A stretch of DNA of 64,000 bases. Source: Clostridiaceae bacterium. GTDB lineage: Bacteria; Bacillota; Clostridia; Saccharofermentanales; DTU023. The notes beneath the pieces were generated by a model. That model was not told the DNA's origin. It did not search any database and saw only the letters and a program-made list of their open reading frames with translations. The DNA lies in NCBI GenBank assembly GCA_012838795.1, contig DUOO01000056.1, forward strand, positions 84,119 to 148,118, in the 5' to 3' direction. Positions 19,079 to 29,644 of the stretch are shown piece by piece. A program made the translations under genes and the position numbers. Within the stretch, counting starts at the first letter, position 1. Each line of letters begins with the position of its first letter.

Positions 19079-19621
19079 ATGGATGTATTATCCGCTATCA
19101 AAAAAAGAAGCAGCTGTCGCGATTTCAAAAATGATCAAATTAAAAAAGAAGACTTGGATATTTTAATTGAAGCAGCATTAGCCTCACCCACGGCTATAAA
19201 TTTGCAAGATTTAAAGATCAATGTAATTCAAGATCGAAATCTGATTGATGATATTTCTCAAGAATGTTTTCGTTTGATGGATGAGAATGTAAAAAAGAGA
19301 ATGCAAGATAGAAATGCGGAAAATATTTTTTATAACGCTCCGACTATTTTTATCTTGACTTCTCCTAAAACCGTTTATTCCGATTTGAACGCAGGCATTG
19401 TTGCGCAAAGTCTCTGTCTGGCATCGGAGCATCTGGGCCTTTCTTCTTGTATTATCGGTATGGTAGCACCGGCTTTTGATGAAACCAATCCAAAAAATCT
19501 CAAAAGTCGTTTAGATATGGAAGAAAACGAATATTTCTGTGTCTCAGTAGCTGTAGGTTATGCAAATTCTAAAAAATTGCCACATGATTTTGATCGTAAT
19601 CAAATAAAAGAGTTTTATTAG
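19079..19621 (+). CDS. Nitroreductase family protein
   Basis: 180 aa. AIKKRSSCRDF... is an N-terminal nitroreductase signature. SD GGAGGTG. Confidence 0.85.
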   Translation: MDVLSAIKKRSSCRDFKNDQIKKEDLDILIEAALASPTAINLQDLKINVIQDRNLIDDISQECFRLMDENVKKRMQDRNAENIFYNAPTIFILTSPKTVYSDLNAGIVAQSLCLASEHLGLSSCIIGMVAPAFDETNPKNLKSRLDMEENEYFCVSVAVGYANSKKLPHDFDRNQIKEFY

Positions 19622-19683
19622 AATTTTCTCTGTCATTTTTAATTGAGCTTAGAAATTTCTAATTAAATAAAAGCAAAACATGA

Positions 19684-19725
19684 AAGAGATAAGCGAACGT
19701 ATGTTCTCTTATCTCTTCTGTTTTT
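19684..19725. terminator. Bidirectional hairpin terminator between the nitroreductase gene and parB
   Basis: AAGAGATAAGCGAAC-gtat-GTTCTCTTATCTCTT (14 of 15 positions pair). T-run on the plus side, TTTTGCTTTT on the minus side. The 3' arm overlaps the last parB codons. Confidence 0.6.
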
Positions 19726-20611
19726 CAGATAAAATATCTATTAGCCTGCTTAGTTCATCATTGTTACTATATGGAATGATGATTTGACCTTTTCCTGAAT
19801 TATCCTTTAGTTTTACTTTCGTGCCAAGGAATTTAGAAAGATCTGTTTCGACTTTTTTGATACTTAACAGATATTCAAGATCTTTCTTCTTTTTTGGTTT
19901 AGACTTGACCGCAGGTTCATTTATTTTTTTGACATAAGCTTCTGTTTCTCTAACACTTAAATCATTTGTAATTATCAGTTCACATGTATTAATTTGATCT
20001 TCAATCTCGGAAAGAGATAATAAACATCTGGCATGTCCTGCAGAAATTTTCCCGGCAGCTAACTCTTTCAGTACTTCTTCCGGTAAATTTTTTAATCGAA
20101 GGGTATTTGCTACGGCAGATCTGCTTTTGCCTAAAACATTTGCCAATTCTTCTTGTGTCATATTATATTGACTAATCAAATCATGAAAAGCATTTGTTTC
20201 TTCCACAGGATTTAAATCTTCTCTTTGAATGTTTTCAATAATTGAGTGCTGAAGAATTAAATGTTCTTCAACATCTCTTATGATCGCCGGCACGGTTTTT
20301 AATCCTGCTATCCTCGCAGCTCTCCAACGTCTTTCTCCGGCAATGATCATATAATGGTCCGGACTTTCCTTAAAAGTAACAATTATCGGTTGAAGAATCC
20401 CATGTTGTTTAATTGATTGAGCAAGTTCTTCCAGTTTTTCTTGATCAAATTTATTTCTTGGCTGATCTTTATTTGGACTAATATCTTCTATATCTAATTC
20501 AATGATTTTTTCTGTGCTTTGGGAAGCCTGTTGAAATTGTTTTTCAGTTTGTCCTAATAAAGCCCCCAATCCTTTACCGAGTCCTGTTTGTTTTTTGGTT
20601 TTTGCTGACAT
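19709..20611 (-). CDS. parB: Chromosome partitioning protein ParB/Spo0J
   Basis: 300 aa. ParB box GERRWRAA, HTH region, gene follows parA. Confidence 0.92.
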   Translation of the reverse strand: MSAKTKKQTGLGKGLGALLGQTEKQFQQASQSTEKIIELDIEDISPNKDQPRNKFDQEKLEELAQSIKQHGILQPIIVTFKESPDHYMIIAGERRWRAARIAGLKTVPAIIRDVEEHLILQHSIIENIQREDLNPVEETNAFHDLISQYNMTQEELANVLGKSRSAVANTLRLKNLPEEVLKELAAGKISAGHARCLLSLSEIEDQINTCELIITNDLSVRETEAYVKKINEPAVKSKPKKKKDLEYLLSIKKVETDLSKFLGTKVKLKDNSGKGQIIIPYSNNDELSRLIDILSEKQKR

Positions 20612-20702
20612 TTTTTTCTCCTATATCTGTCTTGTTCTAATATGAATATGAAGTAAAGCAAATATTTTAAACTTGCTTTTTGATAACTTAACTATTATCT
20701 TT

Positions 20703-21485
20703 TTATTCGAAAATGTTACGTGGTCTATTTATAATCCTTTTTGCCACTTCTTTTGCTAATGCCTTATAGCTTCTGGCTCCCTTAGACCATTTATCATGTT
20801 CTTGTATAGGTAACCCAAAACTTGGGGCTTCACTTAATCTGACATTTCGCGGGATTACGGTATTAAAAACTAAATCACTAAAATAATTATTGATTTCATT
20901 TGTAACTTGATGTGATAATTGAGTTCTGGTATCAAACATCGTGACTAAAACTCCCAGCACAAATAATTCAGGATTTAAATTTTCACGGATCATCCCAATT
21001 GTCTCAAGTAATTGACTCAAACCTTCCAAGGCATAATATTCAGCTTGAATTGGTATTATTACAGAATCTGATGCAGTTAGAGCATTAACTGTTAAAAGTC
21101 CTAAAGAGGGCGGACAATCAATAATGATTATTTCATATTCTTGCTTTATTGAGTCTAACGCTTGCTTAAGAATTGTTTCACGTGAAACAATTGAAACTAA
21201 CTCCACTTCAGCACCGGCTAAATCAATGTTTGAAGGTATTAAATCAAGGTTTTTTCTAACATCTTTTAATACTATTTCTTCGATTGGTTTCCGGTTGATA
21301 ATAGTATCATAAATCGTTGCTTCTTGTGCCTTTTTATCAAAACCATAACTTGAAGTTGCATTTCCTTGAGGATCAAGATCTATTAAAAGTGTCTTATTTC
21401 TAATCCTTGCCAGATTATCTGCCAGGTTTACGGCTGTAGTCGTTTTGCCTACACCACCTTTTTGATTTACTATTGAAACAATCAT
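20703..21485 (-). CDS. parA: Chromosome partitioning ATPase ParA/Soj
   Basis: 260 aa. Deviant Walker A NQKGGVGKTT. Confidence 0.92.
   Translation of the reverse strand: MIVSIVNQKGGVGKTTTAVNLADNLARIRNKTLLIDLDPQGNATSSYGFDKKAQEATIYDTIINRKPIEEIVLKDVRKNLDLIPSNIDLAGAEVELVSIVSRETILKQALDSIKQEYEIIIIDCPPSLGLLTVNALTASDSVIIPIQAEYYALEGLSQLLETIGMIRENLNPELFVLGVLVTMFDTRTQLSHQVTNEINNYFSDLVFNTVIPRNVRLSEAPSFGLPIQEHDKWSKGARSYKALAKEVAKRIINRPRNIFE
21174..21189. promoter_or_regulatory. parS site, perfect TGTTTCACGTGAAACA, inside the parA coding sequence
   Basis: Exact 16-bp match to the Bacillota parS consensus. Confidence 0.85.
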
Positions 21486-21759
21486 TAAAAATACTCCTAA
21501 GAAAGAAATTTTTGATTTAGGTAGAATGTTTTTTTCTTATTTAAAAAACATATTCCTAATTAATCTATTTAATTCTAACAGAATTATGTTTTATTATCTT
21601 TAAATTAATTTGTAAATACCGGAAAAAGAGGGAAAATATTATTAATGGTAAATTCATATAGTCAATATAAAAACGTATAATTGTTTATTCATATCATCTC
21701 ACATCTGCAGAAGAAACTAATTCACATATAAACCTGATTCTTAATCTATCCAGAAAAAT

Positions 21760-21775
21760 TGTTTCACGTGAAACA
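21760..21775. promoter_or_regulatory. parS site, perfect TGTTTCACGTGAAACA, in the gyrB-parA spacer
   Basis: Exact 16-bp consensus, abutting the gyrB terminator hairpin. Confidence 0.85.
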
Positions 21776-21778
21776 AAA

Positions 21779-21813
21779 ACCACTCGAAAGCTACATTTAT
21801 TCGAGTGGTTTTT
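21779..21813 (-). terminator. Rho-independent terminator downstream of gyrB
   Basis: ACCACTCGA (21779-21787) pairs with TCGAGTGGT (21801-21809). Flanked by an A-run and a T-run, so it can work in either direction. Confidence 0.7.
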
Positions 21814-21863
21814 AGAAATATAAGTATTAGTTATCAAAATTCGGCGTGAAATTATCAGAAATC

Positions 21864-23999
<2,136 letters not shown>

Positions 24000-24112
24000 T
24001 TATTAAACCTTTCGGTCCTTTCTTTATTCTATGTTTTTTTTATTAATTTCATGTATAAAAATATATTTAACTAATTATCTGCAAAAGTAATACTATTATA
24101 TATAAAAAGAAC

Positions 24113-24361
24113 TTATGTTTGTTTTTGTATTGAGCGTGAAACTATGGTTTTTGCAGAAACAGGTGAGAGATATACTCTATCAAGAGTCACTACAAACGAT
24201 CTTGGTAAATCCGGTGATACAATATCTAATTTGCCAAGTTCCTCTTGTTTTCTCAAAAATTTATTAGTATCCGTCCCGTAAGTCGTAGTTTGATCTATAT
24301 CAAAAATTCCCACAATCCATTTATCGGAAAGAGTATATTCGCCTCCTATATGAATGTACAA
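24113..24361 (-). CDS. remB: DUF370 protein (RemB/YaaB-like), in the conserved slot between recF and gyrB
   Basis: 82 aa. TTG start 5 nt after GGAGG. ...SFVVTLDRVYLSPVSAKTI resembles DUF370. Synteny matches B. subtilis yaaB. Confidence 0.65.
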   Translation of the reverse strand: MYIHIGGEYTLSDKWIVGIFDIDQTTTYGTDTNKFLRKQEELGKLDIVSPDLPRSFVVTLDRVYLSPVSAKTIVSRSIQKQT

Positions 24362-24460
24362 TTCAACCTCCGCTCAATAATTATGAAATTATACAATAAG
24401 ATAATTATTAAATATATTTCGTATCATTATTTAATTTTTATACGATGTTTTACCGGTATA

Positions 24461-25765
24461 TTATAGCAAATATTGACGTTTAACGGTACCTTCACGGACC
24501 TTGAAAAAGTTGATATATGAGCGGTTTAAGTTGCTTTCGAGATTATGTTCGTTTTCTTTTTCAATATTTTCCATATCGGATGAATTTTGTTTATCTGACA
24601 ATTTCTTTTTATATTCCGGATAAATTTGTCCCAAGTCGGTACAAGTAATAAAAACTTGATTGTCTTCAAATGCAGAAAGCAAATGAGTTCTTCTTTTAGC
24701 ATCTAATTCAGACATAACATCATCTAAAAGAAGAACCGGTTTTTGATTAGTTTCCTTTTCAATAATTTGTAATTCAGCTAATTTTAAAGCCAAGACAGCT
24801 GACCTTTGTTGCCCTTGTGAACCACGTTCTTTGAGCAAATTATCATCAACAATTAATTCAAGATCGTCTCGATGTGAGCCGCTTCCTGTACTTCCTCGTT
24901 CGATATCATCGTCCAGTTGGCGTTCAAAACGTTGCATTAAACTATCATAAATCTGATTTGAATCAAGTTTCGGGTCTATTCCGGAAACTGTTTTATAATT
25001 AATTTTAAATTTTTCTTTTCCGTCAGAAATTTTCTCTAAAGCTTCAATTGCATATTTCTCTATTTCTAAAATATATTTATATCTTGTACTGATAATCTGT
25101 GCTGATATTTTGGCTAAATGTTCAGTCCAAATTGTCAATTGTAATAAATTAAATTTATAGATTTCAGAATCATAAACATCACTATTCTTTTTTTTATCAA
25201 ATTTCATATTTCTCAGTGTTTTTAATAAGTTATTTCTTTGTTTGAGATATTGTTGATAAAGCTGCAAATTTCTAAAATATAACGGTTTAATTTGCGAGAT
25301 TAAAAGATCCAGAAAACGTCTTCTCCCTGCAGGACCTTCCTTAATTAACATTACGTCTTCCGGAGCAAAAATAACTGCATGAAAAAGACCGATCAGATCA
25401 CTAATTCTTTCCTGCTTGAAACCGCAATAATAAATATTTCTTTCAATCATCGGAAATTTTTTGTATTCAATTTTAATTTCTTCAATAAACGGCTTACTCT
25501 CATGAAATGATTGTTTAATGTTTTGTTCTGCATTATCCGACTCAAATTGGATTTCAACCTGATAATAATCAGCACCGTCTTTTATTAAATCATTATCTTT
25601 TCCGGTACGATGAGAACGGGCACAAGTACACAAATAAATTGCCTCAAGTATATTTGTCTTACCTTGGGCATTTTCTCCGACAAATACGTTTGTTCCTGAA
25701 GCAATTTCAATAGTTTGTTCCGTATAGTTACGAAAGTTTTTCAATTTTATTTGTTTAACTTTCAT
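24461..25765 (-). CDS. recF: DNA replication and repair protein RecF
   Basis: 434 aa. LKNFRNY and Walker A GENAQGKTN, signature region SQGQQRS, LLLDDVMSELD. Confidence 0.9.
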   Translation of the reverse strand: MKVKQIKLKNFRNYTEQTIEIASGTNVFVGENAQGKTNILEAIYLCTCARSHRTGKDNDLIKDGADYYQVEIQFESDNAEQNIKQSFHESKPFIEEIKIEYKKFPMIERNIYYCGFKQERISDLIGLFHAVIFAPEDVMLIKEGPAGRRRFLDLLISQIKPLYFRNLQLYQQYLKQRNNLLKTLRNMKFDKKKNSDVYDSEIYKFNLLQLTIWTEHLAKISAQIISTRYKYILEIEKYAIEALEKISDGKEKFKINYKTVSGIDPKLDSNQIYDSLMQRFERQLDDDIERGSTGSGSHRDDLELIVDDNLLKERGSQGQQRSAVLALKLAELQIIEKETNQKPVLLLDDVMSELDAKRRTHLLSAFEDNQVFITCTDLGQIYPEYKKKLSDKQNSSDMENIEKENEHNLESNLNRSYINFFKVREGTVKRQYLL

Positions 25766-25834
25766 CTATTATAGAAATATCTATTTTCTCAACTTAATAT
25801 AATAATATGAACGCAATTCAAAAATATAAATTTA

Positions 25835-26938
25835 TTACCTGCGTAAGGGGAGTACCAGATATAAGAATTGTTCTCCTTCCACAGGTTTAATTAAACAAGG
25901 CCCGAATGTCCCGGAAAATTCAAGGTATATATTCTCTACCGGAATATTACGCAAAGCATCCAAAAAATATTTTGGGTTATAGTCCGCATCTATATTTTCA
26001 CCCTCTAAATCGATTGAAATTTCTTCGTGTACCTCTCCTAAATCGGTTTGAGATGAAATTACCAGTGTTTCTTTATCCGTATTTTCCACAGTTACCGGGA
26101 ATCGTCTTTGTTCAACATTTATAACTAATGATGCTCGATCAATTGCATTTAACATGTCTTTTGTTCTTAATTTAATTTGACTCATCACTTCATTCGGAAC
26201 AACTTTATTATAGTCCATATATTCGCCTTGTAACAATCTGGAAACAAGTTTTACTGAACCTGTGTCAAACAATATGTGATTATGTGAAGGATATATTTTA
26301 ACCGGATTATCAGTCGGATCTAAAATTCCCGATACTTCTTGCATTGCTTTTGCCGGCACGATAAAAGACATGGCGGGTAATTCTTCTCTAAATTCTTCAC
26401 GCCTTATAGCTAAACGAAAACCGTCTATGGCAATTAATTCAAGCCTGTTATTATCAGCAACAACTTTAATTCCATTTAGAATAGGTCTGTTTTCATCTGA
26501 ACTGGCTGCAAAAATTGTTTGACCAATCATTTCTTTTAAGACTCTTTGAGAAACTTGCATTTTTTCAGCTTCTTCAACAATCGGAATTTTCGGATAATCA
26601 GTTGCTTCAATTCCTTTAATCTTAAATTGAGCTTTTCCACTGGTTATCTTAATTATATAATTCGTTTCTACTTCGATATTTACAATTTCTTCCGGCAATT
26701 TACGAACTATATCGCCGATCATTTTTGCGTTTAATACTACTTTTCCGGGAATTATTACATCTGTATCTATTTTACATTCAATTCCGGTTTCCAAATCATA
26801 TCCGGTAATCGTTAAAGTATCACTTTCTGCTTCGAATAACAAACCATCAAGAATAGACAAAGTAGAACGGGTAGCAATAGCCTTTTGCGCCATTGAAATT
26901 GCATCATTTAATAAATTTTTTGAGCAGATAAGTTTCAT
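25835..26938 (-). CDS. dnaN: DNA polymerase III beta sliding clamp
   Basis: 367 aa, typical DnaN sequence, position directly after dnaA. Confidence 0.95.
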   Translation of the reverse strand: MKLICSKNLLNDAISMAQKAIATRSTLSILDGLLFEAESDTLTITGYDLETGIECKIDTDVIIPGKVVLNAKMIGDIVRKLPEEIVNIEVETNYIIKITSGKAQFKIKGIEATDYPKIPIVEEAEKMQVSQRVLKEMIGQTIFAASSDENRPILNGIKVVADNNRLELIAIDGFRLAIRREEFREELPAMSFIVPAKAMQEVSGILDPTDNPVKIYPSHNHILFDTGSVKLVSRLLQGEYMDYNKVVPNEVMSQIKLRTKDMLNAIDRASLVINVEQRRFPVTVENTDKETLVISSQTDLGEVHEEISIDLEGENIDADYNPKYFLDALRNIPVENIYLEFSGTFGPCLIKPVEGEQFLYLVLPLRR

Positions 26939-27292
26939 ATACCTTCCTTTCTGATAAACTGTTTTTCAACAAGTTTAGTTATTGTTTAACAAAGTTGTTA
27001 ATGTTTATAAAATTTTCAAATTATAAATCGTAGTTTCTTTAATAAATAATATTATACTATTTACTTAATTAGTATTCATCCTCTTATTATATACTGTTGA
27101 TTATGTTAATAATCAACGATAAGCTCTGATATATAAAGCTATTTTGATGTAAAAAACTCTGTTAACAGTTTGCCTATAACTTTTTTGTTTTTAACATGAT
27201 TAACATTCAAATTTTTGTTAACAATTTAATGATGTTTTTTAACACCCGGTTTTTCACAATTGATAATAATTTTGTGAATTTAAAAAATAAGA
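26939..27292. other. dnaA-dnaN intergenic region: predicted second half of a bipartite oriC
   Basis: 354-bp AT-rich spacer. TGTTAATAA 27104. TGTTAAC 27160 and 27216. TGTTAATGT 26996. TTTTTAACA 27188 and 27236. One TTWTNCACA-type box, TTTTTCACA, at 27250-27258. Confidence 0.6.
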
Positions 27293-28639
27293 TTAAATAG
27301 GAGAAAGACGTAAATTAATCTCTTTAATTGAATTTTCCAATTCTGTATTATTATCTAATTCTTCTTTTACACGATCGCAAGCATGCATAACAGTAGCATG
27401 ATTTTTGTTACCGAAATCAATACCGATATCTTTGTATGTCATATTAAGTAAACTACGACAAAGATACATGGAAATTTGACGTGGTTGAACAATATCCTGA
27501 CTGCGTTTTTTGGATTTTAAATCATCCACGGTTACATTAAAATAATTGGCAGTTACATTCATAATTAATTCAGAACTTAAACTTTTAACCGAACGAGGAT
27601 CAATCTGATCTTTTAAGGCATTTCTGGTAGAAGCGAGATTGATACCGCCGCCGAGCATCGAATAAGCATAAATTGTTTTGAAAGCACCTTCAAGTTCACG
27701 AATATTGGAAGAAATGTGAGATGCAATGTAATCAAATACCTCATCCGGCCAATCAACATGATGTGCCTGAGCCAATTGAAGTAAAATAGCAATTCTCGTT
27801 TCATAATCAGGAGGATTGATATCAATTGTAATGCCACTGGAAAAACGGGTTTTCAATCTTTCTTCAAGAGTAATTAAAGATTGTGGCGGTTTATCACAAG
27901 TCATTACAATATTTTTTCCGGCTTCATATAAAGCATTAAATGTATGGAAAAATTCCTCTTGCATTCTTTCTTTATTTTCTAAAAATTGAACATCATCAAT
28001 CAGCAATAAATCCGTCATTCGATATTTATTGCGAAATGGTTCGAATTCTTTTAGCCGAATAGCCTCAATAAATTCATTAATAAAATTTTCGGAATTAACA
28101 TAAATTACATTCTTATCGGGAAAAACATCTTGGACATGGTTTCCGATTGCATGCATTAAATGAGTTTTGCCTAGACCTGAACCGCCGTAAAGGAATAAGG
28201 GATTATAGTTATTACTGTTTTGTAAAGACGCAACCGCAACACAAGCAGCATGAGCAAAGCGATTTCCTGAACCAACAACAAACGAATCAAATGTATAAGC
28301 AGGATTTAATACATCATTTGAAATATAAGATGCCTCTTCATCCTCTTTAGTTAAAATGTTTTGTTTAAGATTATTTAAATTATCTTTAGCATTAATTTCA
28401 ACTTTTACATCAAAAGTTTTTTGTGTAGCAAGTTTCAGAGCGGTACGAATCATCTCTTTGTATTGAACTACAAAATCGCGTGATATTTCATTCGGTACAG
28501 ACAAAACAAAAGTATCATCATTATATAGCATGGGAGTGATCGGTTTTAACCAAGTTGTATATGTGAGAGTAGGAACTTCTTTTTCCAGATAATCTTGACA
28601 TACATTTTGCCAAATAATATGAGCACTTTGTTCTTGCAT
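27293..28639 (-). CDS. dnaA: Chromosomal replication initiator DnaA
   Basis: 448 aa. AAA+ Walker A GGSGLGKTH, domain IV present. SD GAGGGGGG. Confidence 0.97.
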   Translation of the reverse strand: MQEQSAHIIWQNVCQDYLEKEVPTLTYTTWLKPITPMLYNDDTFVLSVPNEISRDFVVQYKEMIRTALKLATQKTFDVKVEINAKDNLNNLKQNILTKEDEEASYISNDVLNPAYTFDSFVVGSGNRFAHAACVAVASLQNSNNYNPLFLYGGSGLGKTHLMHAIGNHVQDVFPDKNVIYVNSENFINEFIEAIRLKEFEPFRNKYRMTDLLLIDDVQFLENKERMQEEFFHTFNALYEAGKNIVMTCDKPPQSLITLEERLKTRFSSGITIDINPPDYETRIAILLQLAQAHHVDWPDEVFDYIASHISSNIRELEGAFKTIYAYSMLGGGINLASTRNALKDQIDPRSVKSLSSELIMNVTANYFNVTVDDLKSKKRSQDIVQPRQISMYLCRSLLNMTYKDIGIDFGNKNHATVMHACDRVKEELDNNTELENSIKEINLRLSPI

Positions 28640-28957
28640 ATATCCCCCCTCTTTTCTTAATTGTTAAACTATACTAACAGAAAAAAACTGTAGGTAAAAG
28701 TTGTAATAATACAGAAGAAATGCAATAAATATCATTTTTTTCAACAATATGGATTATATAATCAAATGTTAATAGTGTTAATAACTTGGATAATAATTGA
28801 ATAATTCAAGTAAAAATCATGCGATAAATGTTAATAAGTATATGAAATAATGTTAATAACTTTATGAATATTATAAATATAGTTTTTTTTAATATTATAT
28901 AATTATTTTATAAATAAATTTCAATAGCAAATAGTCTATGTTAACGAGTTGAGTTTT
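28640..28957. other. dnaA-upstream region: predicted oriC box cluster plus an AT-rich candidate unwinding element
   Basis: Same-orientation 9-mers: TGTTAAACT 28662, TGTTAATAG 28767, TGTTAATAA 28776, 28829 and 28851, TGTTAACGA 28939. An almost pure A/T stretch lies at about 28861-28935. Confidence 0.65.
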
Positions 28958-29620
28958 TCATCCTTTTTCATGTTTTAATTTTGCCAAAATGTAGTTGAAT
29001 TTTTCGATCTTATTTCTAAATAATTTCAAATCAAAATTTGTTTCAACATCTTTTAATAAATTCTCAGCCTGGTCAATTTCTTTTTGTAATAAATCTTTTT
29101 GTTCCGAGGTAAGAGTATTATAATCAGTTAAATGTTTAATCAGAGCATTGATTCGTTTTCTCAGATTAATGACATGAGAAATCACTATTCTGTCTTGAAA
29201 AAGTTCGTGAATGAGTTCATTAAAAGTAAAATTATAATTATTTTCGGTAGCAACTGCTTTTAAAGGAAATCTCGGAAAATTTTCATCTCGAATATGTTCT
29301 AAGAGATGTTCGACTTGATTTCGTGAAAACCCGGAAAAAAACAAAAGATTTTCTGATTTTTGATTTTCACTGCGAGAAGTTTTTTGAAGAGGAATTAAAT
29401 TTTGATTATTACTTTTCTCTAAACGCTCTGTTACTTGAGAAATTCTTAATGAAAAATCACCACTTTTGATCAGATAAAAAGGGATTTCTTGAAGGTTTAA
29501 AAAACTTAAAAAACGATCTCTTTTATCTGAATCTGTTATTTCTTCTTCGGAAAAATAAACTATCAGTCCAAAAGGTGTTTTGAAAATAGGTTTGTCTGTC
29601 TTAACTTCTTGATCTGCCAA
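28958..29620 (-). CDS. DUF3783-like domain protein with a coiled-coil C-terminal half
   Basis: 220 aa. TTG start 9 nt after GGAAGGAG. LLFFSGFSRNQVEHLLEHIRDENFPRFPLKAVATENNYNFTFNELIHEL resembles DUF3783 (from memory). Confidence 0.5.
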   Translation of the reverse strand: MADQEVKTDKPIFKTPFGLIVYFSEEEITDSDKRDRFLSFLNLQEIPFYLIKSGDFSLRISQVTERLEKSNNQNLIPLQKTSRSENQKSENLLFFSGFSRNQVEHLLEHIRDENFPRFPLKAVATENNYNFTFNELIHELFQDRIVISHVINLRKRINALIKHLTDYNTLTSEQKDLLQKEIDQAENLLKDVETNFDLKLFRNKIEKFNYILAKLKHEKG

Positions 29621-29644
29621 AAAATAAAACTCCTTCCGGAATAA

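Noticed and set aside
28640-28957. Looked for rpmH (about 44 aa, K/R-rich) divergent from dnaA, as in many bacteria.
   Set aside because: There is no suitable small basic ORF on either strand in this gap.
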